From the NCBI GenBank assembly GCA_031281345.1, contig JAITFN010000076.1:5725-69724 (forward strand): DNA of 64,000 nucleotides, given 5' to 3'. The DNA is from Candidatus Fibrimonadaceae bacterium (GTDB taxonomy: Bacteria; Fibrobacterota; Fibrobacteria; Fibrobacterales; Fibrobacteraceae). The notes beneath the pieces are model-generated. The model had not been told where the DNA came from. It did not search any database and saw only the letters and a list, made by a program, of their open reading frames with translations. Shown here piece by piece: positions 57,596 to 64,000 of this stretch (positions are counted from its first letter, which is position 1; each line of letters begins with the position of its first letter). Position numbers and translations under genes: made by a program.

Positions 57596-59857
57596 ATGCT
57601 TTTCAATCTGAATTTAATACACGAGTTTTATGCGAAAATCCCATACAGGGTTTTGGCAGCCAGACGGGTTTTAGGCAGACCTATCACTTTAACAGAAAAA
57701 ATTCTCTATGCTCACTTGGTAGAGGGCCGTGAAAACGAGGCTTATACACGTGGCAAGGATTTTGCCGAATTCAACCCAGACAGGGTGGCAATGCAAGATG
57801 CCACTGCTCAAATGGCGCTTTTGCAATTTTCAACGGCTGGCAGAGCAAGCTCTGCCGTTCCAGTTTCCGTGCACTCTGACCACTTAATTCAGGCTCGCAA
57901 AAATGCATCATCTGATTTGTCAAAGGCAAAAGATGAAAACAAAGAAGTTTACGCGTTTTTGGAAAGCGTTTGCAAAAAATACGGATTAGATTTTTGGGAA
58001 CCAGGGGCTGGCATAATTCACCAAGTTGTGCTGGAAAATTACGCTTTCCCCGGTGGTTTGATAATAGGGACAGATAGCCACACAGTTAATGCTGGAGGCC
58101 TTGGAATGCTCGCCGTTGGCGTTGGCGGTGCAGATGCTGTGGATGCAATGGTGAGTTTGCCCTGGGAGTTGAAATATCCACGCATAATAGGTGTTAAATT
58201 GCGCGGCTCTTTGAGCGGTTTTGCAAGCCCCAAAGACGTTATTTTGAAATTGGCAGGAATTTTAAAAGTTTCTGGCGGTACAGATTCCATAATAGAATAT
58301 TTTGGCGAAGGAGCAAAAACACTTTCTGCAACGGGAAAAGGAACTATATGCAATATGGGCGCAGAAATTGGTGCTACTTGCAGCATTTTTGGTTTTGATT
58401 CCTCTATGGAAAGATATTTGCGCGCAACAGACAGGGCAGAAATTGCAGATGCCGCTAAAAAAATAATTTCTTATTTGCGATGCGATGCAGAGGTTGAAGT
58501 TGAACCGGAAAAATATTTTGACAAAGTTATAGAAATTGATTTAAGCGCATTAAAACCGCACTACAACGGACCTTTTAGCCCAGACCGTTCGTTTGCAATC
58601 GGTGAAATGGAAAAATCACTGGAAGAATTTGAAAGCCCCTCGGAGATAAGTGCAGCTTTAATAGGCAGTTGCACAAATTCAAGCTACGAAGACCTAGCAA
58701 GAGCCGCTTCCATAATTAAAGACGCACAGGCAAAGGGCATAAAGCCAAAAGTTCCGCTCTACATAAACCCAGGTTCCGAGGCGGTAAGGGCAACAGCAGA
58801 AAGAGATGGAATTTTGCGTACATTCACAGATTTTGGCGCAACGGTATTTGCCAACGCCTGCGGCCCCTGCATTGGAATGTGGGCAAGAAACGATATAAAA
58901 AAGGGTCAAAAAAACAGCATTGTTCACTCATTCAACCGCAATTTCACCGGCAGGGCCGATGGCAACGAACAAACCCACGCATTTGTTGCAAGCCCAGAAA
59001 TGGCGGTTATAGCATCGCTTTCTGGCTCTTTGCTTTTTAACCCAGAAACAGATACCATAACAAATAAAACTTCGGAAAAACATAAATTGGCTTGGCCTTG
59101 GGGTGAAGAATTACCCGAGAAAAATTTTGTCTCTAACCCCGGAGTTGTAAAAATTTCTGTGGGCGATAGCTCTGTGAAAATTGCAATAGACCACAGCAGC
59201 AACAGGCTTCAAAAGCTAGAACCCTTTGCCCCTTGGAATAGCAAAGATATTTCAAACGCAAGAGTTTTGATTAAGGTAAAGGGAAAATGCACCACCGACC
59301 ACATTTCACAGGCTGGCGAATGGCTAAAATTCAGAGGACATTTGGAAAATATTTCCGGTAATCTTTTGATAGGTGCACTCAATGCATTTAACGAAGAAAA
59401 AAACAAGGTACGTTTTCAACCTAGCAATGCCGAGATGACCGTGCCAAATGCAGCAAAGGCTTATAAAGCTGCAAAAGTTCCGAGCATAATTATAGGAGAC
59501 GAAAATTACGGAGAAGGCTCAAGCCGCGAACACGCAGCTATGGAACCGCGTTTTTTGGGTGTTGTAGCGGTTATAGCAAAAAGCTTTGCCCGCATTCACG
59601 AAACAAATTTGAAAAAGCAGGGAATGCTTGCACTTTGCTTTGCCGATAAAAGCGACTACGATAAAATTTTGGAAAACGATACATTAGAAATTTCAGGGCT
59701 TTGCGAATTTAGTCCGGGCTGTCAATTCACGCTTATTTTGCACCACACCGATGGAACAAATGAAAAAATCCTCTTGAATCAGTCTTACAACGAAAGCCAG
59801 TGGGAATGGTTCAAAGCTGGTAGTGCGCTAAATGCCTTATGCAAAACTTCTCATTGA
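57596..59857 (+). CDS. Aconitate hydratase (about 750-aa type)
   Basis: ORF from 57569. The ATG at 57596 lies 7 nt after a TTCTACATT box. Motifs RVAMQDATAQMALLQF, GTDSHT, IGSCTNSS, CGPCIGMW, NRNFTGR, GEGSSREHAA. Confidence 0.85.
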   Translation: MLFNLNLIHEFYAKIPYRVLAARRVLGRPITLTEKILYAHLVEGRENEAYTRGKDFAEFNPDRVAMQDATAQMALLQFSTAGRASSAVPVSVHSDHLIQARKNASSDLSKAKDENKEVYAFLESVCKKYGLDFWEPGAGIIHQVVLENYAFPGGLIIGTDSHTVNAGGLGMLAVGVGGADAVDAMVSLPWELKYPRIIGVKLRGSLSGFASPKDVILKLAGILKVSGGTDSIIEYFGEGAKTLSATGKGTICNMGAEIGATCSIFGFDSSMERYLRATDRAEIADAAKKIISYLRCDAEVEVEPEKYFDKVIEIDLSALKPHYNGPFSPDRSFAIGEMEKSLEEFESPSEISAALIGSCTNSSYEDLARAASIIKDAQAKGIKPKVPLYINPGSEAVRATAERDGILRTFTDFGATVFANACGPCIGMWARNDIKKGQKNSIVHSFNRNFTGRADGNEQTHAFVASPEMAVIASLSGSLLFNPETDTITNKTSEKHKLAWPWGEELPEKNFVSNPGVVKISVGDSSVKIAIDHSSNRLQKLEPFAPWNSKDISNARVLIKVKGKCTTDHISQAGEWLKFRGHLENISGNLLIGALNAFNEEKNKVRFQPSNAEMTVPNAAKAYKAAKVPSIIIGDENYGEGSSREHAAMEPRFLGVVAVIAKSFARIHETNLKKQGMLALCFADKSDYDKILENDTLEISGLCEFSPGCQFTLILHHTDGTNEKILLNQSYNESQWEWFKAGSALNALCKTSH

Positions 59858-60594
59858 AGGCCGCAAAATACGATTTGGTTTCCAAGCCCCAAGAAGAACT
59901 TGCGGAGGGCTTGTTTGAACTTTCCCTAGATTACTTGCCAGATACTCCACCTGCCTTGTTGGATATCGGCTGTGGAACAGGGCATTTGAGCCTTGACTTG
60001 GCAAGCCTTTTCCCAAAAAGTTTGGATTGCTTGGATATTTCCAAAGAAATGCTTTCTATTTGCAAAGAAAAATTGCAAGCAAATTTTCCAAATATAAAAT
60101 GGCAGCTTTTTGAAAACGATGCAGAAAATTTTGAACCAAACGAAAAATACGATGCAATTTATTGCAGTGCGACAATTCAATGGTTCGACAATCTCCCTGC
60201 ATTTTTGGCAAGAGCAAAAAAATGGATGAATCAAAACGGTATTTTAGCAGTTGGCGCATTTGGCGAAAAAACTCTCTGCGAACTGCACAAGGCATATCTT
60301 GAAGCAACAGGCAGGCAGTTGGAGACAAAAGCCAAATTTTACTCATTGGATAAATTAAAATCCATTTTTAAAAAATCCGGTTTTGAGCTTGAAGAATCTG
60401 CGGAGTGCATATATACGCAATCTTTTGAAAGCCCTATTGCAGCACTTAAAACGCTTGGAAATATGGGTGTGACAGGTGTTTCTAAAAAACCTTTAAACCG
60501 AGAAGAGGCAAAAAAATTAAAAGAATCTTTGGGTACAAATTTTTCTTGGGAATTGCTCGCTATGATATTTCGGGGGAAGGAAAGTTCCCTCTAA
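59839..60594 (+). CDS. Class I SAM-dependent methyltransferase, BioC-like
   Basis: 251 aa. Motifs AAKYDLVSKPQEELA ... LLDIGCGTGHLSLDLA ... YDAIYCSATIQW. Confidence 0.55.
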   Translation: MQNFSLKAAKYDLVSKPQEELAEGLFELSLDYLPDTPPALLDIGCGTGHLSLDLASLFPKSLDCLDISKEMLSICKEKLQANFPNIKWQLFENDAENFEPNEKYDAIYCSATIQWFDNLPAFLARAKKWMNQNGILAVGAFGEKTLCELHKAYLEATGRQLETKAKFYSLDKLKSIFKKSGFELEESAECIYTQSFESPIAALKTLGNMGVTGVSKKPLNREEAKKLKESLGTNFSWELLAMIFRGKESSL

Positions 60595-61168
60595 TAACAT
60601 TGATTTCATTATCCAACAAACTTATTATGCTAGTTGGGCAAAGAGGAACCTCGCCCATATCCGCAAAAATATCAACTCTATTTTTGAACACAGTCATTAA
60701 CTCTTTTGGTTTTGTGAAAGCTTGATGTTCCTCTATTTTTGCAGCGGTGTTAAGCAAAGGGTGTTCAAAATTCTCAAAAAGCGTTTTGATAAAAACACCT
60801 GCTGAAATTCTAATTCCTATCTCTTGACGGCTAACATCTAATTTTCGGGCTATTTGCGGATCTGCTGGTAAAATAAATGTATAGGGACCTGGAGTATAGT
60901 TTTTCAAAATTTGAAAGACAAAATTATTGACCTTGGCATACTCTGTAGCCATTGAAATATCTGGCAAAAGCAATGCCATAAATGCTTTTTTCATGGGCTT
61001 TTTCAAAGCGTAGAGCTTGTTTATAGCTTTTTGGCTCACAGCAGAGCAAGCAATGGCATAACCTGAATCCGATGGATACAGCAACAAAGCATCGCTACGA
61101 AGCATATCTGCTATTGTTTTGATATGCCTCGCCTGAGGTGTTTGAGGATGTATTTCCAAATGGAGCAT
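60560..61168 (-). CDS. tsaC: L-threonylcarbamoyladenylate synthase (YrdC/TsaC type)
   Basis: 202 aa. Motifs LLLYPSDSGYAIACSAVSQKAINKLYALKKP, TPGPYTFILPA, IGIRIS. No Sua5 C-domain. Confidence 0.7.
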   Translation of the reverse strand: MLHLEIHPQTPQARHIKTIADMLRSDALLLYPSDSGYAIACSAVSQKAINKLYALKKPMKKAFMALLLPDISMATEYAKVNNFVFQILKNYTPGPYTFILPADPQIARKLDVSRQEIGIRISAGVFIKTLFENFEHPLLNTAAKIEEHQAFTKPKELMTVFKNRVDIFADMGEVPLCPTSIISLLDNEINVIRGNFPSPEIS

Positions 61169-61208
61169 TTAGAAAATATAGTAAGTGTTTGATTTCTATA
61201 TTCCCCTT

Positions 61209-62615
61209 GTGCTAATTAACGATAAGCTAAGCGAAGAGTGTGCCGTTTTTGGTGTTAATTTAACAACCGATGAGGCAGTTGGTGTTACATATAACGGATT
61301 GCTTTCGCTTCAGCATCGTGGGCAAGAAGGAGCTGGCATTGCTGTAGTGGAAGATGGGAGAATTTTTTGCCACAAAAACATAGGGCTTGTTAGCGAGGTA
61401 TTCTCTGCCAAAAATCTTGAGACCTTGCCCAAAGGAAATGTTGCTGTTGGACATAACCGCTATTCCACAACAGGCGGCAATATAAAAGAAAATGTGGGAC
61501 CTTTTGTAACAGAATACCTCACCGGAAGGCTTGCCACCGCCCATAACGGCAATATAACAAATGCAAAAGAAATTCGCAAAAAATTGAAAAGTTTTGGCGT
61601 TCGCTTTGATGCCACCAGCGATAGCGAGGTTGTATCTGCTTTGATAGCATACTGCATAACCAAAACTCAAAGCGCAATACTCGGTGTAGTCAAAGCCACT
61701 GATTTATTAGAGGGTGCTTTTTCTCTTGTGATTGCAAGCGGCAAGCACAAGCTCATTGCTGTTCGCGACCCAAATGGATTTCGCCCTCTTTGCATTGGAG
61801 AAAATGAAATCGGATGTGCTGTTGCATCTGAAAGCTGTGCCCTTGATACCTGCGGTTTTAAGTTTGTGAGAGATGTGCAACCAGGCGAAGTTGTTGTTAT
61901 TGAAAATGGAAAAATAGCCTATCAAGGAAAACTCGCAGAAAAAGAAAAAACAGGCGGGCTATGTATTTTTGAATATGTTTACTTTGCAAGACCAGATTCC
62001 ATTATAGATTCTTTGAGCGTGTATGAGGCTCGCTACAATATGGGTTATAGGCTCGCAGAGGAATATCCTGTTGATGCCGATGTTGTGTGCGGAGTGCCAG
62101 ATTCCGGCTTGGATGCCGCTAGTGGATATAGTGCAAAAAGCGGAATACCTTTGGCAGCAGGCTTTGTGAAAAGCCGCTATGTAGGCAGAAGTTTTATTTA
62201 TCCAACACAAGCTCAACGAGTTAGTGCTGTAAGTCTCAAACTCAATCCCTTGGCTGTGAACATTCGCGGCAAGCGAGTTGTGCTTGTTGACGATTCCATT
62301 GTGCGCGGCACAACAATTGAAAAAATTGTGCAAAGACTTAAAAATGTAGGAGCACGTGAAATTCACATACGAATATCCTCCCCACCATTTCGCTATACCT
62401 GCCACTACGGAACCGATATAGACAACGAAGAAAATTTGATAGCCAACAAAATGAGTTTAGACGAAATATGCAAAAAAATCGGCGCCGATAGCCTTGGCTA
62501 CATAAGCCTTGAAGGATTGAAAAAATCTTGCGGAAAATGCGCTTTGCCATTTTGCACTGCTTGCTTCACAGGGAACAATGATTGTTCTAGAACAAAGAAA
62601 GACGATTTGGAATAG
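61209..62615 (+). CDS. purF: Amidophosphoribosyltransferase (propeptide / 4Fe-4S type)
   Basis: The track ORF starts at 61185 (GTG). The GTG at 61209, 7 nt after a TTCTATATT box, would give a 10-aa propeptide before ECAVFGV, as in Bacillus-type PurF. Motifs LQHRGQEGAGIAV, DDSIVRGTT, C-terminal Cys cluster. Confidence 0.85.
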   Translation: MLINDKLSEECAVFGVNLTTDEAVGVTYNGLLSLQHRGQEGAGIAVVEDGRIFCHKNIGLVSEVFSAKNLETLPKGNVAVGHNRYSTTGGNIKENVGPFVTEYLTGRLATAHNGNITNAKEIRKKLKSFGVRFDATSDSEVVSALIAYCITKTQSAILGVVKATDLLEGAFSLVIASGKHKLIAVRDPNGFRPLCIGENEIGCAVASESCALDTCGFKFVRDVQPGEVVVIENGKIAYQGKLAEKEKTGGLCIFEYVYFARPDSIIDSLSVYEARYNMGYRLAEEYPVDADVVCGVPDSGLDAASGYSAKSGIPLAAGFVKSRYVGRSFIYPTQAQRVSAVSLKLNPLAVNIRGKRVVLVDDSIVRGTTIEKIVQRLKNVGAREIHIRISSPPFRYTCHYGTDIDNEENLIANKMSLDEICKKIGADSLGYISLEGLKKSCGKCALPFCTACFTGNNDCSRTKKDDLE

Positions 62616-62620
62616 ATGTC

Positions 62621-64000
62621 TCACACATCCAACTTATCCAACACCTTGTAGGCATTCTCCTCAATAAACTTGCGGCGAGGCTCAACTTCGTCTCCCATGA
62701 GCATTGAGAAAATTTGGTCTGCCATAATTGCGTCTTCAACGCAGCATTGCTTTAGCACTCTGGTTTCTGGTGCCATTGTAGTAACTGCAAGCTGGTCTGG
62801 ATTCATTTCGCCAAGACCTTTGTAACGTTGCAAGTCGGCTTTTTTTCCGCTGGCTTTTATGGAACGCATTGCTTCGTCTTTGTCTTCGTCTGAAAAGTGA
62901 TAGGTTTCTTGCTTGCCCATTTTTATGCGGTAAAGCGGAGGCATTGCCAAATAAACATAACCGCCATCTACAAGCGGGCGCATATAGCGGTAAAAGAAAG
63001 TAAGCAATAATGTTTGAATATGAGAACCATCAACATCGGCATCGGTCATTATTATTATTTTGTGATAGCGGAGTTTCTCCATTTTAAAATCGTCTCTTAT
63101 GCCTGTGCCAATGGATTGAATCATCGTTTTGATTTCATCGTTGCTGAAAATTTGAACATCATTTGCTTTTTCCACATTCAAAATTTTTCCCTTTAAAGCG
63201 AGAATAGCCTGATATTCCCTTGTGCGACCCTGCTTTGCAGAACCGCCTGCGGAATCACCCTCAACCAAAAAGAGTTCGCATTTTGATGGGTCTCTGCTTG
63301 AACAGTCCGAGAGTTTGCCTGGGAGTCCTCCGCCCTCTAAAATCCCTTTTCTGCTGACAGCCGCTTTTGCTTTGTGTGCCGCTACCCTACCCTCTGCGGT
63401 GTTATAAACTTTTTCCGCTATTATCTTTGTTATCCCAGGATTTTCTATAAAAAATTCGTCTAAGGCTTTGAATATAGCCGCTTCCACGCCGCCTTTTGCC
63501 TCGGAATTTCCAAGTTTTCTTTTTGTTTGCCCCTCAAACTGAGGCTGAGGAATTTTAATCGCAATAACAGCGGTCAAGCCTTCCAAAACATCTGCACCGG
63601 TTATTTCCACATCTTTTTTTGGCTTGGAAACTTTGCCAGCAGCGTGTTTCACAATTATCCTTGTAAGACCTGTTTTGAAACCAGTTATGTGAGTTCCGCC
63701 ATCGTAGGTATTTACGTTATTCACAAAACTGAAAAGATTATCGGTATAGCTTTCTGTGTAGCGGAGTGCAATTTCCAAAGGATAGGCACCCGCTTCTGTT
63801 GAAATGACTATTGGTTTTTCAAAGAGAGGTTTGCGGTTTTGGTCTATGTATTCAACAAAAGAACCAAGCCCACCGGGGTAATAAAATTCCTCTTTTTTCA
63901 CAGCACAGCCTTCCGGCTCGCTGGATATTGGTCTCTCATCACTTACAACCAAGGTTAATCCCTTGTTCAAAAACGCAAATTCCCTAGCTCTTGTGGTTAT
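62621..64000 (-). CDS. gyrB: DNA gyrase subunit B, C-terminal about 460 aa (5' part beyond the window)
   Basis: Motifs FLVEGDSAGGSAKQGR, ILALKGKILNVEKA, IIIMTDADVDGSHIQTLLLTFFYRYM, RYKGLGEMNP. The reading frame stays open to position 64000 (..TTRAREFAFLNKG). Confidence 0.9.
   Translation of the reverse strand: MTTRAREFAFLNKGLTLVVSDERPISSEPEGCAVKKEEFYYPGGLGSFVEYIDQNRKPLFEKPIVISTEAGAYPLEIALRYTESYTDNLFSFVNNVNTYDGGTHITGFKTGLTRIIVKHAAGKVSKPKKDVEITGADVLEGLTAVIAIKIPQPQFEGQTKRKLGNSEAKGGVEAAIFKALDEFFIENPGITKIIAEKVYNTAEGRVAAHKAKAAVSRKGILEGGGLPGKLSDCSSRDPSKCELFLVEGDSAGGSAKQGRTREYQAILALKGKILNVEKANDVQIFSNDEIKTMIQSIGTGIRDDFKMEKLRYHKIIIMTDADVDGSHIQTLLLTFFYRYMRPLVDGGYVYLAMPPLYRIKMGKQETYHFSDEDKDEAMRSIKASGKKADLQRYKGLGEMNPDQLAVTTMAPETRVLKQCCVEDAIMADQIFSMLMGDEVEPRRKFIEENAYKVLDKLDV

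Overview
This is a chromosomal segment most consistent with a Fibrobacterota (Fibrobacter-like) genome. The inference rests on 18 copies, in 14 genes, of what I recognise as the Fibrobacter succinogenes major paralogous domain (FISUMP, TIGR02145/PF09603 type). Its pattern is GTFTDTRDGK-YKT-KIG-QVWMAENLNY ... YGRLYNW-TA--ACP-GWHLPS ... FSALPGG ... WWS ... SVRC-QD.

The window has three zones.

(i) 1-24.2 kb is a hyper-paralogous array of secreted or lipoprotein genes from seven families:
- FISUMP
- an MNRT-type N-domain fused to FISUMP
- a ~350-aa secreted family
- tandem TonB-C-like proteins
- GLUG-repeat proteins
- WG-repeat-like lipoproteins
- a ~160-aa family
The array is littered with gene fragments, a gene fusion, a frameshifted copy and two toxin-decayed toxin-antitoxin (TA) loci.

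(ii) 24.5-27.3 kb is a mobile-element scar. It holds an Rpn-type nuclease/transposase gene, an IS5-family transposase fragment, a short repeat cluster and a tyrosine integrase, and it looks more G+C-rich than its surroundings.

(iii) 27.5-64 kb is mostly core genes:
- glycosyltransferase
- EndoIII-like protein
- outer-membrane barrel
- murB, coaE
- phosphohexomutase
- MurU/AmgK-like fusion
- a 2237-aa SprA-like T9SS protein
- aconitase
- BioC-like methyltransferase
- tsaC, purF
- gyrB (partial)
Interspersed among them are three more FISUMP genes, three apparently intact TA loci, a serine-rich lipoprotein and a patatin-like protein with degenerate catalytic motifs.

Zone (iii) also contains an A+T-rich four-gene operon at 42.3-44.9 kb. 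All four products are membrane-anchored and one looks like superinfection-exclusion protein SieB. This is my best candidate for an undescribed (phage-exclusion?) system.

Other points of interest:
- A G16 tract lies in the promoter region of one FISUMP gene.
- The conserved C-terminal tail PAPPKGEAK doubles as the Shine-Dalgarno (SD) sequence for ATGA-coupled downstream genes.
- A conserved TTCTATATT box lies 6-9 nt upstream of many start codons, which suggests leaderless mRNAs.

I recognised no rRNA, tRNA or CRISPR array. All family assignments come from motif recognition by eye, not from database searches.
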